This document shows positions 20,456 through 32,371 of a DNA stretch of 64,000 nucleotides, one piece after another; positions within the stretch are counted from its first letter, which is position 1; each line of letters starts with the position of its first letter. Both the position numbers and the translations under genes were made by a program. The DNA comes from an uncultured delta proteobacterium. Lineage in GTDB: Bacteria; Desulfobacterota; Binatia; JACPRU01. The notes under the pieces are model-generated. The model saw nothing but the letters and a program-made list of their open reading frames with translations, did no database searches and was not told the DNA's origin. The stretch spans positions 96,001-160,000 of the forward strand of contig CAVUWD010000006.1 of NCBI GenBank assembly GCA_963745025.1, given 5' to 3'.

Positions 20456-20577
20456 CGCGAACTACCCCTCTCCCCACCCTTGGCCGAAGGGCTCACTCGC
20501 GCCGCAATCATCACGAAGACGACGACGCATACCGAGAACGCGAAGAGGAGGGAAGATTCGGTCGGCATCACACCCAT
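20452..20577 (-). CDS. unannotated small membrane protein (41 aa)
   Basis: AGGAGG RBS 5 nt before ATG; MGVMPTESSLLFAFSVCVVVFVMIAARVSPSAKGGERGSSR. Confidence 0.6.
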   Translation of the reverse strand: MGVMPTESSLLFAFSVCVVVFVMIAARVSPSAKGGERGSSR

Positions 20578-20605
20578 GGCTGCCTCCTATGGCGCTTCTA
20601 CCGAG

Positions 20606-21320
20606 TCAGCGAGAGCGCGCCACCGACGCGGTCTGCGGCTGCCGACCGACGCGGCGGGTACCCCCGATGGCAAAAGCGTTTTCGCCGGCTAGCCTTCCGA
20701 GGCGCTTTCGGCGGTTCCGCCGCCGGTTCCTTCTTACCCGAAAGCCGAGCTCGACCCCGAAGCATCGCTCCCAGAGATCTGCCTTGCGCCGCGCGGCCCA
20801 GAGCTCGAGCAGGGGTTCGCGTCCCGCCGTGTCGATCTCGATCACCTGGCCGCCGTTCAGCCGTGCCAGGCGCAGGTGCCGTACGATCGCCTGGTGGCCG
20901 CGATCGAGACCGTCGGCGACGCGGAGAATCGCCGCCAGCCGTATGATTCGTCTACCCGCCTCGGCGTCGAATTCTTTCAGATCGTCGTGCGTGGGCTTCG
21001 GAGGCGCTCCTCGATGGAAGCGTGCAATCGTGGCGATCCAGCGGACTTCTTCGCGCTCGAAACCGGGCAGCGAGCTATGCAGGATCAAGTACTGCGAATG
21101 CCGGTGATGCTTGAAGTGATTGACGGAGGTCCCGACGTCATGAAGGAGCGCTGCGCACTCGAGCAGCTCGCGCTCCACCGGGCCCAGACCGTGGATTTCC
21201 TTTGCCGAATCGAAGAGCTCGAGCGCGAGCCGTGCCACGTGCCGACCGTGGTCCGGGTCCGCATCGATCAGCGCGGCGAGGGCGAGAACCGCACGACGGC
21301 GAGCCGCGGGCAGACTCCAC
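20606..21320 (-). CDS. stand-alone HD domain homologous to the Ppx/GppA C-terminal domain (5' end disrupted or start uncertain)
   Basis: RRRAVLALA..D.DHGRHVARLALELF...AALLHDVG...HHRHSQYLI...LRVADGLDR aligns by eye with C-terminus of ppx 36874-38430; no in-frame start before 21238. Confidence 0.75.
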
Positions 21321-21421
21321 CCGTTCCGCTCTCCCCAAGCTTCTGGAAGCTCGGGTCTCGCGAACTTCGGACTCCTTTCGGAAGCCGGCCGATATGGAAG
21401 AGCGGAAGCCAGAGCGCTTCC

Positions 21422-21476
21422 GAGATACCACCCTCACCGTTACCGTTCGGTTAGCGGGATGCGATTTTGCGGTTAA
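21422..21476 (-). promoter_or_regulatory. Pho-box-like array plus -10 upstream of HD gene
   Basis: Minus strand TTAAC-N6-atcgc-N6-CTAAC-N6-GTAAC-N11-TATCTC. Confidence 0.65.
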
Positions 21477-21692
21477 CTCTTCCCAGCGGTCGGCGCGCCG
21501 TCGATCGGCGGTGCCTGCGCGCCCGGGTTGGCGGCCGACGGTGAAGGAGCAGCCGAGGAGGGGTGGCGCCGCCGCGTCGTCTGCATCCTAGCTCCCAGTC
21601 AGGCCGACCTGAGCGGCGCCGGTCTCAAGGGCGCCGATCCCCATTCTCGAGCGATCGTCCACGGGCTGATCGGCGCCCGCTCTCGTCGATCT

Positions 21693-21941
21693 TCAGGAGG
21701 GCGACGGGCTCTGCTGGGCCGGGGGATTCTGCCTCACCCGACCGAGTCTCCTGAGCGACCGTTCGATACGACGCGTGACGAGGATCGGAAGAAACGTGCG
21801 AATCCGGGCCGCCGCCGTGAGCTCGTTCAGACCGTCATCGTACAGACGGACGAGATCTTGGCGGGATACGTCGAACTCGGTGGCGAGGCGGTCGAGGTCC
21901 CCACTTATCCTCCGCGCCTCCTGCTGTGCCCCTTCGACCAT
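21693..21941 (-). CDS. small three-helix-bundle (DUF3562-like) protein
   Basis: LATEF...LY...L...ARIRTFLPILVTR motif. Confidence 0.7.
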   Translation of the reverse strand: MVEGAQQEARRISGDLDRLATEFDVSRQDLVRLYDDGLNELTAAARIRTFLPILVTRRIERSLRRLGRVRQNPPAQQSPSPS

Positions 21942-22084
21942 GGTTTCCCGCTCTTCCTCACCGCTCTGCAGCCGGATCTAGCGCGACGACCTTCTTCATA
22001 GCATGACATGCGCGAACCGCAAGGGTCGCGATTCGGCCGGTGGCGGGTCATTCGGCCAGCACTCCCGACGCCGTAACCTCGCGG

Positions 22085-22525
22085 CTATGTCGCCGTATCT
22101 GCGGCCGGTGGCTTCGGTGGCACGATCGGAGCGACGGCGGGACTTTCCTCGATCTCCGGCAACTCCGCGGAGCGATCAACGCGCGTGGCGGTAACTCGGG
22201 ACGATCGCGCCTGCGGGGACGACTTCTTCGCGGCCATCGTCTTGCCCGCCGCGCTTGGCGACGCCGGCTCTTGTGCCTTCCGCTTCGCCTTCTTGCGCGC
22301 CTTGGAGAGTCTCTTCGAAGCCCTGCGAGCGTCCTTCTGTGCCGACTTGGCCACCTTCTTCGCCTGCTTGAGCTCGCGGCGGGCGCGCCGCAGAGCGGCC
22401 TCGGCCGCGCTCACGCTCGCCGTCGCTGCTTTGTAGCCTCTCTCCGCCTGCGCCAGCCCGGCAGCCGCCTTCTGCGCAGCCTTGAGCGCCGTATCCGCAG
22501 CCTCTTCGAGTCGCTTCAGTTTCAT
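22085..22525 (-). CDS. Lys/Arg/Ala-rich coiled-coil protein (146 aa)
   Basis: GGGAG RBS before ATG 22525; low-complexity basic helix; divergent from ppk1. Confidence 0.75.
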   Translation of the reverse strand: MKLKRLEEAADTALKAAQKAAAGLAQAERGYKAATASVSAAEAALRRARRELKQAKKVAKSAQKDARRASKRLSKARKKAKRKAQEPASPSAAGKTMAAKKSSPQARSSRVTATRVDRSAELPEIEESPAVAPIVPPKPPAADTAT

Positions 22526-22646
22526 CTTTCGATCTCCCTCTTCTCCGTGGAGGCCGGCCATCCGCGCAAGCCGGCGGCGACGCATCGGAGCCGCAAAGCA
22601 TACCGAAGTCTTCTCGCGGACTTCAATCGCGGCACGAAATTACCCG

Positions 22647-22700
22647 TTCACCAAGCCCTCACGACACCTTGACCTCACCCCTTGTCGTCCGGTTTAAAGT
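22647..22700 (+). promoter_or_regulatory. Pho-box-like array plus -10 of ppk1
   Basis: TTCAC(22647)-CTCAC(22658)-TTGAC(22669), TAAAGT at 22695. Confidence 0.65.
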
Positions 22701-22707
22701 CTGGCTG

Positions 22708-24825
22708 GTGTCCACTCAACCCGCAACCGCGACCCCCGAGTCCACGAACGAAGCGAGCCCGCCCACGAGCGCGAGCCCGTTTCTCAACCGCGAGCTCTCG
22801 CTCCTGCAGTTCAACCTTCGCGTCCTCGAGCAAGCGCGCGATGCGTCGACTCCGCTCCTCGAGCGCCTGCGGTTCCTGACGATCTCGAGCTCGAACCTCG
22901 ACGAGTTCTTCGAGATCCGCGTGGCGGGGCTGAAGCAGCAGATCGTCGCGGGAGTGGCGAAGGCGGGGCCCGACGGCCTCCGCCCGCACGAGGTGCTGGC
23001 ACGGGTCGCCGAGTTCGCCCGGCAGCTCGTCGTCGAGCAGTACCGCATCCTGAACGAGCACTTGCTGCCGGCCCTCGATCGCGAGGGTATCCGCATCCTC
23101 AAGCGATCCACCTGGAATCCTGCGCGACGGCGCTGGATCCAGCGCTACTTCGAGCGCGAAGTGCTTCCGGTTCTGACACCGATCGGACTCGATCCCGCGC
23201 ATCCGTTCCCGAAAATCGTCAACAAGAGCCTGAACTTCGTGGTCTCGCTCCAAGGCAAGGACGCTTTCGGCCGGCAGAGCGAGCACGCGGTCGTTCAAGC
23301 CCCTCGCGTGCTGCCGAGGCTGATCGCGCTGCCGGCAGAAATCACGCAGGCGCCGTTCGAATTCGTCATGCTCTCGTCGATCATTCATGCCCACGTCGGC
23401 GTGCTCTTCCCGGGGATGGCGGTGAAAGGCTGCAATCAATTCCGAGTCACCCGCAACAGCGACCTATGGGTGGACGAAGAAGAAGTCGAGGATCTACTGC
23501 ACGCGCTCCAAGGCGAGCTCTTCCGGCGTAACTACGGCAGTGCCGTGCGCCTCGAGGTGACGACGAACTCGAGCGCCCCGGTGACCGAATTCCTCCTCGA
23601 GCAGTTCGAGCTCTCGCGTGAAGACCTCTTCGTCGTCGACGGGCCCGTGAACCTCAATCGGCTGTCGAGGCTCTACGACTTCGTCGATCGACCCGATCTC
23701 AAGTATCCGCCGTTCACGCCCGGCCTCGGCAAGGTGCTCTCGGCGAGTGAGGACATCTTCGAGACGATCCGCACGCGCGACGTGGTGCTCCATCATCCGT
23801 ACCAGTCGTTCGCCCCGGTCGTGGAGCTCGTGCGCCAGGCGGCGGACGACCCGAACGTACTGGCGATCAAGCAGACCCTCTACCGCACCGGCAAGGATTC
23901 TCCCATGGCGGAGGCCCTGCTCCGCGCCGCCCGTGCGGGCAAGGAGGTCACCGCGGTCGTCGAGCTCCGCGCGCGCTTCGACGAGCAAGCCAACATCGAG
24001 CTCGCCACGCGGCTGCAGGAGCTCGGCGCCAAAGTCGTCTACGGAATCGTCGGATACAAGACACACGCCAAGATGCTGCTCGTCGTGCGTCGCGAGGGAG
24101 CCAACTTGCAACGCTACGTGCACCTCGGCACCGGCAACTATCACACGGCCAACACCCGGAATTACACGGATCTCAGCCTGCTCACGTGCAACGAAGAGAT
24201 CGGCGAAGACGTCCACAATCTCTTCCAACAGCTCACCGGGCTCGGACGAGTGAGCGAGCTGAAGAAGCTCCTGCAGTCGCCCTTTTCGCTGCACAAGGCG
24301 CTCGTCGAGTTCATCGAGGCGGAGGCGGAGAACGCTCGTCAGGGCAAGCCGGCCCGCATCGCTGCCAAGATGAACGCGCTGATCGAGCCGACCATCATCG
24401 AGGCTCTCTATCGCGCCTCGCAGGCGGGCGTGCCGATCGATCTCGTCGTTCGCGGCATGTGCTGTCTGAAGCCCGGCGTCGCGGGGCTTTCCGAAAACAT
24501 TCGCGTGCGCTCGATCGTCGGGCGCTTCCTCGAACACTGTCGAATCTTCTATTTCCTCGCCGGCGGCACGCATCGCACCTACTGCGGCAGCGCGGACTGG
24601 ATGCAACGAAACTTCTTCGGCCGCGTCGAGGCGTGCTTCCCGATCGAGGACCCGGAGCTGCGCGAGCGTGTCGTCCAGGAGGGCATCACGACATACCTCG
24701 AAGACGACTCCCAGGCATGGGAGCTTCAGGCCGACGGCACGTATCGTAAAGCCGAGCCTCTGGGCCCGGAGCCCAAGCGCGCTCAGGAGGTCTTACTCGC
24801 GCGCCTGGCGACGCGGGTCGGATAG
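22708..24825 (+). CDS. ppk1: polyphosphate kinase 1, copy A
   Basis: FLNRELS, NLDEFFEIRVAGL, HPFP, LHHPYQSF, ELRARFDE, KTHAK, GRFLEH. Confidence 0.97.
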   Translation: MSTQPATATPESTNEASPPTSASPFLNRELSLLQFNLRVLEQARDASTPLLERLRFLTISSSNLDEFFEIRVAGLKQQIVAGVAKAGPDGLRPHEVLARVAEFARQLVVEQYRILNEHLLPALDREGIRILKRSTWNPARRRWIQRYFEREVLPVLTPIGLDPAHPFPKIVNKSLNFVVSLQGKDAFGRQSEHAVVQAPRVLPRLIALPAEITQAPFEFVMLSSIIHAHVGVLFPGMAVKGCNQFRVTRNSDLWVDEEEVEDLLHALQGELFRRNYGSAVRLEVTTNSSAPVTEFLLEQFELSREDLFVVDGPVNLNRLSRLYDFVDRPDLKYPPFTPGLGKVLSASEDIFETIRTRDVVLHHPYQSFAPVVELVRQAADDPNVLAIKQTLYRTGKDSPMAEALLRAARAGKEVTAVVELRARFDEQANIELATRLQELGAKVVYGIVGYKTHAKMLLVVRREGANLQRYVHLGTGNYHTANTRNYTDLSLLTCNEEIGEDVHNLFQQLTGLGRVSELKKLLQSPFSLHKALVEFIEAEAENARQGKPARIAAKMNALIEPTIIEALYRASQAGVPIDLVVRGMCCLKPGVAGLSENIRVRSIVGRFLEHCRIFYFLAGGTHRTYCGSADWMQRNFFGRVEACFPIEDPELRERVVQEGITTYLEDDSQAWELQADGTYRKAEPLGPEPKRAQEVLLARLATRVG

Positions 24826-24939
24826 CGCCGAACGAAGGTACGATCCGCGTGCTTCGCTCGACCGCTCCGCCGCCTCCGCTGCGTCGGCGTTGGCCGTCGC
24901 CGACCCGTCCGTCATTCCCGTCTACGCGAACTGCTCGTG

Positions 24940-24966
24940 GTGAATCGGCCGTAACGACGGAGTGAA
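24940..24966 (-). promoter_or_regulatory. Pho-box-like array immediately upstream of CHAD start (reverse orientation)
   Basis: Minus strand TTCAC-N6-GTTAC-N6-TTCAC; homologous to 33231-33257. Confidence 0.5.
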
Positions 24967-24969
24967 GAG

Positions 24970-25932
24970 TTGAAGGGAAAACACGAAGCGGCGGCGGAAC
25001 CCGTGCAGACGCCAGGCGCTCCTGCACAAGAGACGTCGGAGAATGCCGATGCGCTTGGGTTGTCGAAGCTCGTCAAGGAGCACATCCACGACCTCTCCGC
25101 GGTCCTCGGCAACGTCCTCGCGACAGGGGACCCCGACGCGGTTCACGACCTGCGGGTAGTGACGCGCCGCCTCCAGCAAGTGCTCTCCGCACTCTCGCCG
25201 GCGCCGCGGCCGAAGCGCGTTCAACGCCTCCGCAAGACGCTCCGGCGCGTGCGTCGGGCGCTCGGCGCCTGGCGCAACTACGACGTCATACTCGAGACGG
25301 TCGCAAAGCGCCGGAAAGCCACCCGCAGCCCGCGCAAGCGTGCGGCGTGGACGCTCGTGCGCGAGCATCTCGAGAAGCAACGCGTCGACGAGATGATTCG
25401 TGCTCGGCGGCGGCTCCTCGACAAGGATCTCTCGGGCTTCGCCGATCGGCTCGAGACCGTCATCACGAACCTACTGCAGCAGACGCAGCCGCATGACGTG
25501 CAGCGCGCGGTTCTCGCTCGAGTCGAAGCGGCGTGGCGCGACTGGCAAGCGGCGCTGTCGCGAGCCGAGCAGACGTGTGCAGTGACGACCGTTCACGGGC
25601 TGCGGATCGCAACCAAGCGTCTCCGCTACCGCGTCGAGCTCGCTCGGGCGCTCGGCGACGAAGCGGCCGAGCCGGTTCTCGAATGGGCTCGCGCGGTGCA
25701 GCAGGAGCTCGGCGCCTGGCACGACCACCAAGTCCTGCAGCAGCTCATGGCCGAGTCGCTCGCCCGGCCGGAGGTCCTGCTCGGAGCGGTCGAAATCGTC
25801 CGGGTCGTGCTTGCGGAGCTCGAGCGGGAGCGACACTGCTCCCCGGCCGCCGACATGACGATCGTTCGCCGGACGCGGCCGGAAGACGGCCGCGAGGTGA
25901 TGGGGCGATGGCCAAGTTGGCAGGCGCCATGA
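24970..25932 (+). CDS. CHAD domain polyphosphate-binding protein
   Basis: VHDLRVVTRRL, LGAWRNYDV, VHGLRIATKRLRY, QQELGAWHD. Confidence 0.92.
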   Translation: MKGKHEAAAEPVQTPGAPAQETSENADALGLSKLVKEHIHDLSAVLGNVLATGDPDAVHDLRVVTRRLQQVLSALSPAPRPKRVQRLRKTLRRVRRALGAWRNYDVILETVAKRRKATRSPRKRAAWTLVREHLEKQRVDEMIRARRRLLDKDLSGFADRLETVITNLLQQTQPHDVQRAVLARVEAAWRDWQAALSRAEQTCAVTTVHGLRIATKRLRYRVELARALGDEAAEPVLEWARAVQQELGAWHDHQVLQQLMAESLARPEVLLGAVEIVRVVLAELERERHCSPAADMTIVRRTRPEDGREVMGRWPSWQAP

Positions 25933-26258
25933 TCTTTCACGGCTCAATGGCCGGCCTGCACGTTCCCTGTCAACGCTTCACGTACGCGGTCGCCCGCGCC
26001 CGCGCATGACTCGGGGCGGTGTGGATCGCTAGCGTCCCGAGTCAGAAGTTCGCTGACAAAATCGGGCGATGTTTTCCTGCGACCTGGTTGATCCAAGGGT
26101 CATCCATCGTCGGCTCTTCTAGATTGTGAGAAGGACGTTATCACCCCCGGGAACTGCGGGCGGGCAGAGCAAGCAATTCTGGTGGATTCATCGCTGGTCC
26201 GAACCTTGCAAATCCACGCATAGGATTCCGGATCTCGAGCCGCGTCCACCGTAACGTC

Positions 26259-26510
26259 ATGAACGCTCAAGCCACAGCTGCCCCCGCCCTCGCGAAATTC
26301 GCGCCCCAGATCGCGGAGCTTGCGGCACAGGCGGGTCTGCCTCTCGAAGCGGCAGAAGAGCTCTATCGGGTCGAGTTGGAACGGCTTCGGATGAACGCCC
26401 GTATCGTCGACTTTCTCCCAGTACTCGCGATGACGAGTCTCAAGCAACAGCTTCGCGAACGGCGGCGAAATGGATTATCGCCCGCTCACCAATTCTTAAA
26501 GGAATCATAA
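26259..26510 (+). CDS. small three-helix-bundle (DUF3562-like) protein, paralogue
   Basis: LY..EL..L...ARIVDFLPVLA motif shared with 21693-21941. Confidence 0.7.
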   Translation: MNAQATAAPALAKFAPQIAELAAQAGLPLEAAEELYRVELERLRMNARIVDFLPVLAMTSLKQQLRERRRNGLSPAHQFLKES

Positions 26511-26544
26511 CCTCCCGTTCCCTGGAAGCGTGACAGGATGCGGC

Positions 26545-28464
26545 ATGCAACACCCGCCCACGGCACGTGAGCTGCGTTCGCTGCGAGGCGATCTTCTCCG
26601 CCTGCACCGCTCTCTGGTCGAGAGCGAGCTGGAGCTTGCGGCGAAGCTCTCCGCGATGCCCGCGCTACGGCGTGAGAGCGCTCGCAATCTGATCCACTAC
26701 CTGGCCCTTCGTCGTTACGACGTTCGCGGGCTTCAGGCGCGGCTTGCGAACGTCGGCTTGTCTTCGCTCGGGCGCGCGGAAGCACAAGTCTTGCCGAACC
26801 TGGATCGCGTCTTGTGGATTCTCGGGCGTCTCGTTCTTCGGAGTGCAACACGAACGGCTCCCCTCGACGGCTCAAAAGCAGCCGAGGGTCGGGAGCTCCT
26901 TCGAGAGAATACGAATGGTCTGCTCGGCCCGCCGCCGCCTCATCGAGGCGTGCGCATCATGGTCACCATGCCCTCCGAAGCGGCGAGCGACTACCCGCTG
27001 GTCCGAGAGCTTGTGACTCGCGGGATGGATTGCATGCGCATCAACTGCGCGCACGACGACTCGGTCATCTGGTCGCGAATCGCCGCCCACCTCGACAGAG
27101 CACGGCGAGAGGTCGGGCGGCCGTGCCGGTTGCTCATGGACCTGTCCGGACCGAAGCTTCGAACGGGCGAGATCGAGCCGGGCCCGCAAGTCCTGAAGTG
27201 GCGTCCGCTCCGTGATCGCCTCGGGCGAGTGGTCCTTCCGGCGCGGGTCTGGCTCACGCCAAGTGATTCTCCCGAGCCGGCCCCGCACGAGGGGGACGCG
27301 GTCGTGCACGTCCCGCGTGAGTGGTTGGCCCGCACCCGTGCGGGAGCTCGCGTCGTATTCCGGGACGCGCGCGAAAAGGTCCGCGTGATTCACCTGAGAG
27401 ACGCAGTCGGCGCCTCGCGCGTCGGCGAGTCTTCACAGACCGCGTACGTGACTCCGGGAACCGCGCTGCGGCTCGAAAAAACCGCGAGGCATCGTGAGCG
27501 CACCGCACGCGTCGGACCCTTGCCCGCCACGGAAGGCGGCATCCGGCTCGAGCTCGGCGATACGCTAGTCCTCTCGAGCGCATCTGCCCCGGGAGCAGGG
27601 GCCCTCCGCGATCGGCACGGCAATTTGCTGGCCCCTCCCCGCGTTCCATGCACGCTCCCCGAAGTATTCTCCCAGGTAAAGGCCGGGGAGCGAATCTGGT
27701 TCGACGACGGGCGAATCGGCGGAATGATTCGACGCGTCCGCAAAGACCACGTTCAGGTGGAGATCGTGCAATGCGCCGCGAAAGGAGCCACGCTCCGCAG
27801 CGACAAGGGAATCAATCTTCCCGATAGCGACCTCCGGCTGCCGGCGCTCACCCCCAAGGACATCGAGGATCTGGGCTTCGCGGCGGCACACGCAGACCTG
27901 ATCGGACTGTCGTTCGTGCAGCGTGAATCCGATGTTCTCGAGCTGCGCCGTCGACTGCGCGCGGTGGGAGCGGAGCAAATTGGCATCATCCTCAAGATCG
28001 AGACCCGCCGCGCCTTCGAGCGGTTGGCGGAGCTCGCGCTGGCGGCGCTCCAGCATCCCCGCTCCGGGATCATGATCGCGCGAGGTGACCTCGCTGTCGA
28101 ATGCGGATACGAGCGCCTGGCCGAAGTTCAGGAGGAAATCCTCTGGGTCAGCGAGGCGGCTCACCTGCCGGTCATTTGGGCCACGCAGGTTCTCGAGAGC
28201 TTGGCCAAGACGGGGCAGCCCTCTCGCGCAGAGATCACCGACGCCGCCATGGGAGAGCGGGCTGAGTGCGTGATGCTGAACAAGGGTCCGCACATCGTGA
28301 AGGCGGTCCAGGTGCTGGACGACATCTTACGCCGCATGCAATCGCACCAGGTAAAGAAGACGGCGATGCTGCGCGGGCTTCACATCGCGGCAGCGAACCA
28401 CGGTGAAGGCCTCGGCGCGTCCCATAGCTCAGACCCGCCGCTTCTTACCCGCGTTGAACGGTGA
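26545..28464 (+). CDS. pyk: pyruvate kinase, atypical long form lacking C-terminal regulatory domain
   Basis: RINCAHD, DLSGPKLRTG, LKIET, MIARGDLAVE, ATQVLESL, RAEITD. Confidence 0.88.
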   Translation: MQHPPTARELRSLRGDLLRLHRSLVESELELAAKLSAMPALRRESARNLIHYLALRRYDVRGLQARLANVGLSSLGRAEAQVLPNLDRVLWILGRLVLRSATRTAPLDGSKAAEGRELLRENTNGLLGPPPPHRGVRIMVTMPSEAASDYPLVRELVTRGMDCMRINCAHDDSVIWSRIAAHLDRARREVGRPCRLLMDLSGPKLRTGEIEPGPQVLKWRPLRDRLGRVVLPARVWLTPSDSPEPAPHEGDAVVHVPREWLARTRAGARVVFRDAREKVRVIHLRDAVGASRVGESSQTAYVTPGTALRLEKTARHRERTARVGPLPATEGGIRLELGDTLVLSSASAPGAGALRDRHGNLLAPPRVPCTLPEVFSQVKAGERIWFDDGRIGGMIRRVRKDHVQVEIVQCAAKGATLRSDKGINLPDSDLRLPALTPKDIEDLGFAAAHADLIGLSFVQRESDVLELRRRLRAVGAEQIGIILKIETRRAFERLAELALAALQHPRSGIMIARGDLAVECGYERLAEVQEEILWVSEAAHLPVIWATQVLESLAKTGQPSRAEITDAAMGERAECVMLNKGPHIVKAVQVLDDILRRMQSHQVKKTAMLRGLHIAAANHGEGLGASHSSDPPLLTRVER

Positions 28465-28773
28465 GAGCGCTACAGATCTCGATACGCTTGACCGGCAGCT
28501 CGGCGGTCGGCGCCGAATGCGCACGCACATGGCCAGCACCAATCTGAAAACCGTTTGCGACCGCACGACCTGCGGACCTCGCAGGGACTTGCCAAGAGCT
28601 TGGCGAGCAAAATGAATCTGCCATGTCTCGTCGTTGTGCTCCGTACCGGGTGGGCTACCAGGCGGACGAAGCGCGTTAATTGGGCAGAGGTCTGTTCGCG
28701 AACAGCGGCTCAGGGGCCTGTTGGTTTGCGAGCGATTGGCCTTTTGCCGGACGGCGTGGCATCAAGAAGACTA

Positions 28774-29235
28774 ATGAGCCGAAGCGTGTCGCGCTCCGTG
28801 AAGTTTCTCATCGCTGCGTCACTCCTGGTGTCGTGCTCCGCGCGAATGCCGCCAGCCGCCGTCCGGTGGAATGAGGCAGCGCAGGTTCTGGCGCCCCCAC
28901 CAGATGCTACGGTCAACGAGGGTACGGATCTGGGCTATCTCCGCGTAGAGACCGACACCGACGTACGTGTGAGTGGAAGCCTGAGCTACAACAATGTCCG
29001 CCGTCCGTTCGATGTCTATTCGTCCGACGGCACGCTACTTCACCCAGACGTCAACAACCAGGGTTGGCGGAATGGCGAAGAACCGGCCTCGCTGGCGCTT
29101 CCCCCGGGCCGGTACGTGGTCGCCTCCATGTACGGCACGGCGTACCGTAAGTTGCAGGTCGAGGTCCGCGCCGGCACGACCACTGAGGTGCCGGCGAATG
29201 CCTTACGTGAAGCGCCACGGGTGTTTCCGAACTAA
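28774..29235 (+). CDS. hypothetical lipoprotein
   Basis: Basic N-terminus, hydrophobic stretch, lipobox-like LLVSC; beta-rich domain (LPPGRYVV). Confidence 0.65.
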   Translation: MSRSVSRSVKFLIAASLLVSCSARMPPAAVRWNEAAQVLAPPPDATVNEGTDLGYLRVETDTDVRVSGSLSYNNVRRPFDVYSSDGTLLHPDVNNQGWRNGEEPASLALPPGRYVVASMYGTAYRKLQVEVRAGTTTEVPANALREAPRVFPN

Positions 29236-29516
29236 TCGCCGAGGTATCTGGGCTCGAACCAAAGCGGGTTGCCTCGCAGCTCGGAAGACTTTGGACCGAT
29301 GGACCTGCGCTCCGCGAGGGCCACTACGCGCTGGGAAGTGCCGGCACTCGGCACCCGAGACGATGCGGTCGAGAGCTTCGTCCATCTATTCGCAGGTCGT
29401 CGGGGCCACGGGAAGCCCTAGCGAGCGGCTCCGCACGACCGACGAGAGAGGTCATGGAGTTGAGGCTCCAAGCGCATGGTATCGCACGGATGTGTCAAAT
29501 GGTTTCCGCACCGCCC

Positions 29517-29792
29517 TCACGTGGCCCGAGGTCTCCGATTCCCGAAAAGCACAATGCTGATCGTGGTAAAGACGCAGGTGACAACAACAGTGCCGAGGGC
29601 CAACTCGTTGAAGCCTCCCCTGATAATCAAGCACAGCGCCGTCGCTGCGCCGATCATCTGTCCGATCCCTAACACCAGACGCACCACCGCCCAACGCAGA
29701 TCGTGGTTTACGTCCCGGCGATGCGAATCGGCAGGCAGCTGACCTCCAGCATGCACGACGGGAAGCCTAGCCGGAGAATGTGAAGCCCACAT
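29517..29792 (-). CDS. small two-TM hypothetical membrane protein
   Basis: RWAVVRLVLGIGQMIGA...VVVTCVFTTISIVLFG; start uncertain. Confidence 0.6.
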   Translation of the reverse strand: MWASHSPARLPVVHAGGQLPADSHRRDVNHDLRWAVVRLVLGIGQMIGAATALCLIIRGGFNELALGTVVVTCVFTTISIVLFGNRRPRAT

Positions 29793-30152
29793 GACGGACG
29801 CGTGACGTCAATATTGCGGCTGCTAGCGGCGCCGCCAACGCGGAAGTGCTGCGCGCCAATTCGCACGGAGCTTCATCGGGAGTTCACAGTTAAATGGGCG
29901 GGATCTGTCCGGCAGGCGCGCCGCCGGGGGCCGAGAGGGCGCCGCCTCCGTGTAGGGTCGTGCTCGACGAGCGCACGCAGGCGACATGCAACGCTGTGGC
30001 GCCGCGGCTCGACCGCTGCGTTGCCGGGGTGAGCGCGTCCGCCCCCAATTCGGGGGCATAGGCGCCGGGGGGGTGGGTGGTTACGAAGCCGGGGAGTTGG
30101 GCTACACTCCGCCTCCCCGGCTCCATCCGGCCGGACGAAGGGAGCGGAGGCG

Positions 30153-32329
<2,177 letters not shown>

Positions 32330-32371
32330 TCCGCCGCGGCCTTGCTCCCGTCCCGAGGGCTCGAGCGTGCC

